A stretch of DNA of 41,452 nt from Patescibacteria group bacterium (lineage in GTDB: Bacteria; Patescibacteriota; Microgenomatia; Levybacterales; UBA12049), in NCBI GenBank assembly GCA_023484045.1, contig JAMDAA010000036.1, positions 1 through 41,452 on the forward strand, written 5' to 3'. The first letter of the stretch is position 1. Every line of letters begins with the position of its first letter. The position numbers were made by a program, and so were the translations under genes. The notes below the pieces were generated by a model. It had not been told where the DNA came from. It did no database searches and saw only the letters and a list, made by a program, of their open reading frames with translations. Shown piece by piece: positions 34,164 to 41,452 of the stretch.

Positions 34164-35412
34164 TACGCTTTCTTTTTACCTCGGGGAGGAAAGCATTTAC
34201 GAATTCAATCTCAAGCGGCAAAAAAGCTCCTTTTTGAACTAAGTCTATCAACCTAGACCTGCTTGAAATATATAAATTATTGCTGACATATTCAGTTATT
34301 CTAACTTGTAGCTGTTGATTATTCTTGCGGTCGTTTTTTGCTATTAATTGCAATTTCAGCCGGGTAATAAATTTGCCTTCGTGAATTTCTTCAAAAACAT
34401 GCAGTTTCCAATCATCTGCTAAATAGTCAGTAAAGGGTAGTAGGACTTGCTCGATTAATCCAGTGTAAATAAAAGCTCCGGCAATTTTGATCATATCGAG
34501 TCCTAGTTTGCCCTTGACTTCCATAATAATTTTTTCCCCACAGAGACATATTTTTTGTTGAAAAGATACGCTATCACCTGTTTTATATCTAATCAGGGGA
34601 AAATTTGCTTTTGTAGACATCCGGGTGATCGCGAGTTCACTTTCTGCCTCCGGATTTAATAGTTCATAAAAAGTATCTGAAAGCGGATGAAAAAAGCGCG
34701 GCATCTCTTTTGCTAAAAAGCCGCAACGGTCCCCGAGTTTGGAAGCTTCGGAGCTTGCATAAGTGAAATCAAAATAAGCATTAGGAAATTCTCGCTTAAG
34801 AAATGCGAATTTTTGTTCGGAACAATATTCACCCCTTAAGGATATATGATTTATGCGGCTTAAAGAATATTCTTTTTTTAGAAAAGGGGCAAAATAATAT
34901 AACGTTGTGGCTGATGTGAAAACAGAGTCAATCTTGACATTTTTAGCAATTTTGGCAGTCAGAGGTAAATTGTTGATATCGCCGGGAATAACCATAACTC
35001 CTTTTGTATTTGCTAAAAGCCACATCATCCTAAAATTTGCTTGTAGAATCGGAAATAACAATAAGCATCTCTTAACTCTTAACCCGTCAAAAAATTTTAA
35101 AGTTGACTTAGGAATTGTATAATTTTTCGAGAATAAGATAAGAGGCGTTTTAGAATCTGTTGTCCCGCTTGAGACAGCGATGTTTTTAATATTTTTGACA
35201 GGAAAATAAATCCTTTTTTCGGGATCAGTATTAAGTAACTCTTTTCTTGTTAAAAAGGGCAGTTTTTTAAAATCAGCTAAAGTTTTTATTTCTTGCCAGC
35301 TTTTTACTCCGTGTTTTTGGTATTTCAAACGATAAAACGAAGAATAAGGACTATCCCAAACGAATTGAAGGACTTTTTTAATTTTTCTGAAGGGAGCTTG
35401 AGGGTACTCCAT
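34144..35412 (-). CDS. PaaK/F390-synthetase-like adenylate-forming ligase (ANL superfamily)
   Basis: FYR..Y, DFKKLPFLTR, P-loop SSGTT, GE, YASSE, FPLIRYKTGD, hinge GKLGLDMIKIAG and C-terminal KRKRI. Confidence 0.88.
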   Translation of the reverse strand: MEYPQAPFRKIKKVLQFVWDSPYSSFYRLKYQKHGVKSWQEIKTLADFKKLPFLTRKELLNTDPEKRIYFPVKNIKNIAVSSGTTDSKTPLILFSKNYTIPKSTLKFFDGLRVKRCLLLFPILQANFRMMWLLANTKGVMVIPGDINNLPLTAKIAKNVKIDSVFTSATTLYYFAPFLKKEYSLSRINHISLRGEYCSEQKFAFLKREFPNAYFDFTYASSEASKLGDRCGFLAKEMPRFFHPLSDTFYELLNPEAESELAITRMSTKANFPLIRYKTGDSVSFQQKICLCGEKIIMEVKGKLGLDMIKIAGAFIYTGLIEQVLLPFTDYLADDWKLHVFEEIHEGKFITRLKLQLIAKNDRKNNQQLQVRITEYVSNNLYISSRSRLIDLVQKGAFLPLEIEFVNAFLPEVKRKRIISHLK

Positions 35413-35451
35413 GCGGGTATTGTAACAAAAAAAATATTAATTAACTACAAA

Positions 35452-37101
35452 TTACCGGATATTGTTATTATACTCGACCGACAGCTCTTGTAGTGTTTTA
35501 ATATCTTGTTTGCCGTAATAAGACTTTATCTGTTCTTGATCCCAATAAGGTAAATCATCGGGATTATTTGAAGTTACCTGCCTGTGGTCGATAAATTTTG
35601 GCTTTTCAGATAGTCTCCAAACAGAGGGTGAAAAAGTAAGGTATGTTAGGCTCCAGGCGCTGCGGGGTAGATAAAAACTAGAAAGGAGATTACTCTCGTT
35701 GATTATTTGGCTTTTCCTGTTTGCCGCAAATAGCCAGTTCCATTCGTAAATAATTTTTTTGATAACCATTGGAAAGTTACTTAATTGGCGATTTATAATA
35801 AGGTACCTTTGTAATAATTTCTCTTTACTGTCTTGATCTGAGACGTTATTATAAAAAAAAGCGTAATAGGTTGAAAGATATGAAGCCTGCTGATATGAAG
35901 GCATGGAAGAACTAAAAAAACTTTTTTCCAAACTTCCGGCTGGGCCGACTCCATTTAAAAGCGGTTTTTGCCGGTATGTTTGGATAAAATAATCTAATGT
36001 TGCAAGTCTTGGCTCAAAACTCAAGTCGGGACATAGATAGTTCATCGTTTCTCTCTGCCAGAACCATTCGTATCCCTTAGGGAAGTCATTCTCCCACCCA
36101 TTCCTAGCAACGTGGCGAAAATAATTATTTGAAGCAAGTTTGAGGCCTAAAAATGTATTTTCCTCGGCTTCAAGCCGAAAATCCCGTTTTTTAAACACAT
36201 AATAAGGAAACTCTTCGGCGGAGCCAAAACAAGCGCCAGTTGCAAGATAGGGGCCGTTGATAGTTTTTTTTTCTTCATTGTCGGTTCCAACAAAAAGCAA
36301 GCTCGAGCTTAATATTTTAGGGGGCGATTGAATAATGGGGGAGTTTGCGGGTTTAATAAAGGCGGCGGCTGGCCGATAACAGCCGGCTCCGGACGAGAGA
36401 CAGCCGGCTCTTTTATCCACCTCGGCTTTTAAGGCAGATGCGTTTTTTTCTAAAAGATTAAGATCGGATAAAATAATTTTTTTGGAGCTAACGGATTTGA
36501 GAAAAACCAGATTACCTTGCGGAATCTCATTCTGGTGGTTTTTGATGGTTTTAATAAAATCACTACTATCTTTTTGATATTTTTGCGCGGCTTGTTTGTA
36601 GGTAATTAGAAGATTTTCGGCTGATATATCACCGGGTTTTGCCAAAAATTGTCCCTCTGCCTGCTTAACAGTATCTAAAGAAGATAGAAAAGAAGTAGGG
36701 AAGAGATGGGGATATTTGGAATGATTAGTAGTAAAAGTATCTTCAACTGTTCTTAAGCCATTGACTGCATTTTTTAATCCGGAAATATCCAAGTCGGGAC
36801 TGATAAAGAGGGGATCTTCCTTAGTTAATAAATAAAAATAGACAAGCTGTTTTACTTGTTGCTTCTGATTGTAGTTGATTGGTCGGTTATCCCAAGCGGT
36901 AATCGTACCCTTTTTAAAGCTGTAGTCTCTATTCCCAGATCTTAATTTTTCAATAGTGATATCATTGATTGATCTGGAATTATCAAACAGGTTTAAATTA
37001 CGAAAAACTACAGGTAAAATAATGGCAAGTATTGTCCCTAGCAAAAAGAAAACAAGATAAAATTTCTTCACAGAGAATCTATTATATCCCAACTTATTCA
37101 C
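35452..37101 (-). CDS. Large single-pass membrane protein with an extracytoplasmic domain of unknown function
   Basis: 549 aa; basic N-terminus plus TM, then a helical domain with four Cys. No family recognised. Confidence 0.8.
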   Translation of the reverse strand: MNKLGYNRFSVKKFYLVFFLLGTILAIILPVVFRNLNLFDNSRSINDITIEKLRSGNRDYSFKKGTITAWDNRPINYNQKQQVKQLVYFYLLTKEDPLFISPDLDISGLKNAVNGLRTVEDTFTTNHSKYPHLFPTSFLSSLDTVKQAEGQFLAKPGDISAENLLITYKQAAQKYQKDSSDFIKTIKNHQNEIPQGNLVFLKSVSSKKIILSDLNLLEKNASALKAEVDKRAGCLSSGAGCYRPAAAFIKPANSPIIQSPPKILSSSLLFVGTDNEEKKTINGPYLATGACFGSAEEFPYYVFKKRDFRLEAEENTFLGLKLASNNYFRHVARNGWENDFPKGYEWFWQRETMNYLCPDLSFEPRLATLDYFIQTYRQKPLLNGVGPAGSLEKSFFSSSMPSYQQASYLSTYYAFFYNNVSDQDSKEKLLQRYLIINRQLSNFPMVIKKIIYEWNWLFAANRKSQIINESNLLSSFYLPRSAWSLTYLTFSPSVWRLSEKPKFIDHRQVTSNNPDDLPYWDQEQIKSYYGKQDIKTLQELSVEYNNNIR

Positions 37102-37154
37102 AATTTAATACTTGCAAATTAAAGCATTTTAATACAAACTGGGCTTAGGGGGAA

Positions 37155-37421
37155 ATGAAAATTAAAACACTTAAAACTTCTTCCAAGCTTTTTCTTTGTA
37201 CCATGCTTGGCTTTGGGTTGGTATTTTGTCTGGAAAAACTCGCTAATGCAAAAATTATTTTTCCATCCGCAGCCCAATCGACAATCTCAGCAGACATTAA
37301 TCCTAAAACATTGATTTGTCAGGCCGATCCTCCGCAAACAATAGATCAATCTTCTATTCTGGGAAAACAGGCGATGGAGAATAAGGCCTGTTTATTTATC
37401 GGCTGTGGCGGATTTTTCTAA
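37155..37421 (+). CDS. Small exported peptide ending CLFIGCGGFF; candidate signal or RiPP precursor
   Basis: SD-like AGGGGG, basic N-region, hydrophobic helix, ANA cleavage motif, low-complexity linker; the stop directly follows CGGFF. Confidence 0.75.
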   Translation: MKIKTLKTSSKLFLCTMLGFGLVFCLEKLANAKIIFPSAAQSTISADINPKTLICQADPPQTIDQSSILGKQAMENKACLFIGCGGFF

Positions 37422-37544
37422 AAAGGTTGCCATTGGCATACCCGTTCAAAATATTTTGTCAACCTCGCAAGGTAAAGTGTTCTCTGTCTTTTTTCGTCTT
37501 TATGAACAACATTTGTTCTAAATACCAATAGAGTCTTTTTGTAT

Positions 37545-37970
37545 TTATCTTATTAAATTACTTGCTTGTATACCGAATAATTGATGCCAGTAATTAAAAG
37601 TTAAAATTTGATAAATATCTCTTTTTTTCATTAGAACTACATTTAATGCTTCTCTAAAATTAATATCTTTTTCCTTATTCGCTTTTAAAATTCTTAATGC
37701 CGAGACGAAATCTGTCTTTTGAGGGAATATGATTTCTATTTCTGAAATAAGAATTATGTCTAAAAATTCTAGAGCTAAAGAATTACTTGCTTCGCGGGCA
37801 AGTGTATAATAGGCCTCTGTTATATTATGAGAGCTCGTAGAAACCTGATATTCTAATCTTCCCAAAGTATCAAAAGCCCTTATTGTTTTTTGATGATTAG
37901 GATCGGCCCTGTCGATAAAAGAATATAAAACCGTAGAATCGATAAAAATTTTACTTGACTGAATAGACAT
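37545..37970 (-). CDS. PIN-domain (VapC-like) protein with a non-canonical active site
   Basis: IFIDST, D.NH, TSSHNITE; INFREA and LTFN where Asp residues are expected. Confidence 0.85.
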   Translation of the reverse strand: MSIQSSKIFIDSTVLYSFIDRADPNHQKTIRAFDTLGRLEYQVSTSSHNITEAYYTLAREASNSLALEFLDIILISEIEIIFPQKTDFVSALRILKANKEKDINFREALNVVLMKKRDIYQILTFNYWHQLFGIQASNLIR

Positions 37971-37974
37971 AATT

Positions 37975-38247
37975 TTATGATTTATTCATACTTAATCCTC
38001 TTGCCCTTAGTCTAAAAAACGGATCGGAGAGCGAAAACGGCTTTTTCTTTTTTGTTTTTAAGCCTGGGTTTTTCTGGACATTTGGAGTAAAACCTTCGAT
38101 AAAACTTCTTAAATCACTGGCGGATATTCTTATATTCCCACCAGCCCTAAAGGCGTTTAATTTTTCTTCCCTAATATATCTTCTAATCGTTAAGGGGTGT
38201 ACTTTTAGTATTAATGCAACTTGAGAAACACTGTAATACTCATCCAT
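37975..38247 (-). CDS. Excisionase-type HTH (HTH_17) protein, putative antitoxin or regulator
   Basis: YYSVSQVALILKVHPLTIRRYIREEKLNAFRAGGNIRISASDL; 4 nt upstream of the PIN gene. Confidence 0.9.
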   Translation of the reverse strand: MDEYYSVSQVALILKVHPLTIRRYIREEKLNAFRAGGNIRISASDLRSFIEGFTPNVQKNPGLKTKKKKPFSLSDPFFRLRARGLSMNKS

Positions 38248-38272
38248 AAAAGACTATGCAATTATATGTAAT

Positions 38273-38301
38273 AATATACAATATTATATAAACTTTGTCA
38301 A
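38273..38301 (-). promoter_or_regulatory. Sigma70 promoter of the HTH-PIN operon
   Basis: Minus strand TTGACA-17 nt-TATATT. Confidence 0.55.
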
Positions 38302-38335
38302 GATTTGACTCTTTTATAGTATAAACCTCAAACTA

Positions 38336-38367
38336 TACCTATGCATAGATTAATCTATGCATAGGTA
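38336..38367. promoter_or_regulatory. Perfect 32-bp palindrome, candidate operator
   Basis: TACCTATGCATAGATT/AATCTATGCATAGGTA, ending 4 nt before the ATG at 38372. Confidence 0.75.
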
Positions 38368-38371
38368 ATAT

Positions 38372-41300
38372 ATGTCTAAAAGTCTGCCCATAAACGAAAA
38401 TAGAAAATTAGTAGTTATTAGCGAAGCAGCAAAAATTCTAGGAGTGTCGATCGATACCATAAGACGATGGGATAAGACTGGGATTTTGCATTCAACCCGG
38501 CCAAACGGAAAAAACCGTTATTTTTCCGTAGAGGAACTAGAAGAAATTAAATTTTCACAAAGCTTGCCGATTTCGGAAGCATCCAAAAGACTCGGAATTT
38601 CCGAAACTACCTTAAGAAGACTTGATACAAAAGGAATTTTAAAGGCAAAAAGGAATAAAAATAAAGAGAGGGTTTATGATAGGGAAGCCCTGGATAAATT
38701 TCTTAATTCTGACTATTTTCTCCGTAAAAAGGAAATCGAGGATGAAATTCTTAAACCATTAGTTTCACTTCCGGAAAACAAGAAAAAAGAATCAAGATTT
38801 CAGACAAGACAAAAGATAATCGGTGCGTTAGTCCAAGACAACACCGAAAAGATAATCCATTTGTGGAATTTTAGAAAAGCATTTCTTTTAAGCACGTTAT
38901 TGCCAATCACCATTTTCATTTTTTTAGTCGCGATTATCACGATTTTATTTTTGCTCTTCCCTTTGCAAACGGCAAAATGGTTTGGGTATAGGAAGCCCGA
39001 AAATTTGATTAGTTATGTAAATTCAATAGATAGAGGTCAAGTTTTAGGAGCTCAAACCTCACAAGGGAATGAGATTACAGGACAAGTATTGGGAGTAATG
39101 CTTAGGCCTGTAAGCGCGGTGTCGTTGGAAGTTGTTAAAGTAGTTAATAAAAATACGTATGATGAGATTACGGCAGAGCAAAAGATAAAAAACGTAAATG
39201 ATATTTTAAAGATAAATTCTAATGGAGAGATTGTGGTCGAAAAACAGCTAATGCTTCCAGACAGTTCTTATCTAAAGATTCCCGATCAGAAAGTGGTAGT
39301 AAATTTAAATTCAGAACTTGTTGACGGTAAAAAACCCGGAAGCGGAGAAGGAGATTTAACTGTTTGGGGAGTCGGAGGATCGATTCCTGGACTTATTATT
39401 AATTCATCAGATCTCGTGGACGGAGCGGTGACAACGGAAAAATTAGCTGCGAACGCTGTAACTACAGGAAAAATCGCCGACGGAGCGATTACATCTGCAA
39501 AATTTGTTTCTGGTTTAACTTTTACTCCGAGTGATAATTCCGTAACGAGCGCCAAGATAGTTGACGGGACAATAGTTGATATAGACATATCTTCTTCGGC
39601 GTCGATCAGTGATTCCAAACTTGCGCAAATTACATCTTCTAATAAAGTTGCCGGTAGCGCAATTCAACTTTCTTCAACAGGCGGTTTAGTCAATAATTCG
39701 GGATTGTCGTTAAAAACAACATGCACTACTAGTCAGGTTTTAGTTTGGGACGGTAGTACTTGGGCTTGCGGTACAGGCGGAGGATCAGGAACGATAACAG
39801 CAGTTGTTGCCGGATCGGGATTAACGGGGGGCGGGACATCCGGTTCGGTTACATTAGCGGTATCGGGATTAACGGTTTCCCATTTTGCATCAGCCAATAT
39901 TTCTCAATGGACAAACAATTCGGAATATCTTACTTTATTAACGTTTCCGTATAACTCGACAAATCTTACGATTAATGGTTCAAATAAACTAGATACAATT
40001 CAGGGAATTTCAACAGCCGCTACGCCAACCTTTGCCGGATTGTACGTAACGGGTAATATGGGTATCGGGACAACGACTCCTTTTTCTCCTCTTCATATTT
40101 CCGGAGGAAACACGGGAGGAAGATCGGTTGCGATTTTTGACCAGACAGGTGCGTCGAGTAACGACATACTCTCCGCCTCAGCTTCCGGAGCGACAAAGAT
40201 GACTCTTAACAATGGTGGGGATTTAACACTCTCCGGTAATGTATCAATCGCAACGGGTAAAACATACTCCATTAGCGGTTCCACGAGCCAGACTTATGCC
40301 TCTGCTGTCTGTGTCACAACAACAGGAGGAATTGTAACGGGAACAGGAGCGTGTACCGGGGGTAGTACTACAGATTACTGGACTCTTGCAAACGGTACTC
40401 TCTATCCTGTCAATACTACTCTCGATGTCTTAATCGGTGGAACTGCAACGAGTGGCGCTAATTTTGCAAAATTTGCATTCACCGGAGTTAACGGGAGTAA
40501 TACTCCGACAGCTTCCATATCGGCGGGAACTGCAGGAGGAGTTTACCTAACATCAACAGGAATACTAGCCACAACAGCGAGACAAACATTAACGCTCGGA
40601 GATTCGACGACGACTGGGAATGTAATATTTAATCAAGCGGGAAATGTTGGTATCGGGACAACAAGCCCAAGAAGTAATCTTCATATATCAGACAGTGGAC
40701 AATACAAGCCCAATTTAATGATTGAAGGGACATATAACGGATCTGCAAGTGACGCAAATTTATATATTAAAAGGACAAAAAATAATGCTGTTCTCTCGAA
40801 CTGGGATACAATCGGATATGTTAGATTCACCTCTATTAATTCTACTCCTACCCAAACAGACTATGCCCGCATAAATGGACAGGTTGGTTCTTCGACTGCT
40901 GGATCGGAAAGAGGTTCTTTAAACTTTGAAGTCATGGATAATGGAAGCATTATAACCTTTTTAAGGTTCAACGGCTATGATACTGTTGTCAACGACAATA
41001 AAAATAATATTGATTTTTACGTTAGAGGACAAGTTGATTCTAATTTGCTCTTTGCGGATGCAAGTTTAAACAGTATCGGTGTTGGGACTGGATCTCCCCT
41101 CTCTCTTCTCCATGTATCAGGAGGAAATATTGGAGGTAGGGCTTTGGCGATATTTGATCAGAGAGGAGCAACAGCAAATGATATCTTAACAGCCTCAGCT
41201 TCCGGAGCAACAAAATTAACTCTTGGTAATGCAGGAGATTTAACTGTAACTGGGAATGTAGCGGCAGGAACAGGAAAAGCGTTTTATGTCGGATCAACCC

Positions 41301-41452
41301 AAGGCCAAACCTACGGATCAGCTGTGTGTGTAACCACAACCGGCGGAATAGTTACGGGAACTGCGGCCTGCCCAGGAGGAACAGGGGGAAGTAATTGGAC
41401 TCTGGAAAACGGAACACTGCATCCGAATAACGCCACTCTCGATGTCTTAATC
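38372..41452 (+). CDS. Giant surface protein: two MerR-like HTHs, TM helix, tail-fibre/adhesin-like repeats; truncated by the window edge
   Basis: Manually translated, 1027 codons without a stop. ISEAAKILGVSIDTIRRWD and ISEASKRLGISETTLRRLD, TM LPITIFIFLVAIITILFLLF, QVLG twice, DGAVTTEKLAANAVTTGKIADGAITSAK, and GN(M/V)GIGTT(T/S)P repeats. Confidence 0.9.
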   Translation, partial: MSKSLPINENRKLVVISEAAKILGVSIDTIRRWDKTGILHSTRPNGKNRYFSVEELEEIKFSQSLPISEASKRLGISETTLRRLDTKGILKAKRNKNKERVYDREALDKFLNSDYFLRKKEIEDEILKPLVSLPENKKKESRFQTRQKIIGALVQDNTEKIIHLWNFRKAFLLSTLLPITIFIFLVAIITILFLLFPLQTAKWFGYRKPENLISYVNSIDRGQVLGAQTSQGNEITGQVLGVMLRPVSAVSLEVVKVVNKNTYDEITAEQKIKNVNDILKINSNGEIVVEKQLMLPDSSYLKIPDQKVVVNLNSELVDGKKPGSGEGDLTVWGVGGSIPGLIINSSDLVDGAVTTEKLAANAVTTGKIADGAITSAKFVSGLTFTPSDNSVTSAKIVDGTIVDIDISSSASISDSKLAQITSSNKVAGSAIQLSSTGGLVNNSGLSLKTTCTTSQVLVWDGSTWACGTGGGSGTITAVVAGSGLTGGGTSGSVTLAVSGLTVSHFASANISQWTNNSEYLTLLTFPYNSTNLTINGSNKLDTIQGISTAATPTFAGLYVTGNMGIGTTTPFSPLHISGGNTGGRSVAIFDQTGASSNDILSASASGATKMTLNNGGDLTLSGNVSIATGKTYSISGSTSQTYASAVCVTTTGGIVTGTGACTGGSTTDYWTLANGTLYPVNTTLDVLIGGTATSGANFAKFAFTGVNGSNTPTASISAGTAGGVYLTSTGILATTARQTLTLGDSTTTGNVIFNQAGNVGIGTTSPRSNLHISDSGQYKPNLMIEGTYNGSASDANLYIKRTKNNAVLSNWDTIGYVRFTSINSTPTQTDYARINGQVGSSTAGSERGSLNFEVMDNGSIITFLRFNGYDTVVNDNKNNIDFYVRGQVDSNLLFADASLNSIGVGTGSPLSLLHVSGGNIGGRALAIFDQRGATANDILTASASGATKLTLGNAGDLTVTGNVAAGTGKAFYVGSTQGQTYGSAVCVTTTGGIVTGTAACPGGTGGSNWTLENGTLHPNNATLDVLI
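40051..41452 (+). repeat. Internal duplication of an approximately 128-aa module in the giant protein
   Basis: About 40051-40435 and 41068-41452 both read G.GT..P...LH.SGGN.GGR..AIFDQ.GA...SASGATK...SAVCVTTTGGIVTGT.AC...WTL.NGTL.P.N.TLDVLI; offset 1017 nt. Confidence 0.9.

Noticed and set aside
39286-41339. Short ORFs 39286..39618, 39760..39954, 40093..40284 and 41040..41339
   Set aside because: Antisense or out-of-frame shadows of the continuous 38372..>41452 frame.
37975-41452. Prophage (excisionase-like HTH plus tail-fibre-like gene)
   Set aside because: No integrase, terminase, capsid or portal genes; the fibre protein is membrane-anchored like a cellular surface protein.

Overview
AT-rich bacterial chromosomal segment. 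Gene content and style (SD-poor starts, standalone receiver, sortase, giant secreted proteins, four-helix-bundle genes, palindromic micro-insertions) suggest Candidate Phyla Radiation, probably Microgenomates (inference). Housekeeping genes: argS, M16 peptidase, ndk, DsbA-like protein, class A PBP, alkD, pyrD-pyrF-pyrE, tRNA-Pro(CGG), tRNA-Arg(CCT), sortase, mreB, glycosyltransferases, glgA and a galT-like gene. Two long ORFs missing from the ORF track run off the edges: a GAF-PAS sensor (<1..844, -) and a >1027-aa protein with two MerR-like HTHs, a TM helix and fibre repeats (38372..>41452, +). Main signals: (1) a cluster at about 31.5-37.4 kb pairing a PaaK-like adenylate-forming ligase and a SsuABC-type ABC importer with a small exported peptide ending CGGFF-COOH, the geometry of an AIP-type thiolactone but with no AgrB; (2) two four-helix-bundle genes, each embedded in periodic repeat arrays (9-nt and 7-nt), with gene-less copies of the 7-nt cassette elsewhere and in frame inside argS; (3) divergent orphan duplicates of the argS 3' end and the mreB 5' end, each next to a palindromic element; (4) a gene bounded by 37-39 bp inverted repeats; (5) a perfect 32-bp palindrome before the giant HTH-fibre gene, divergent from an HTH/degenerate-PIN pair. 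No CRISPR array, rRNA, transposase, integrase or reverse transcriptase was seen. All calls are by eye from motifs; no searches were run.
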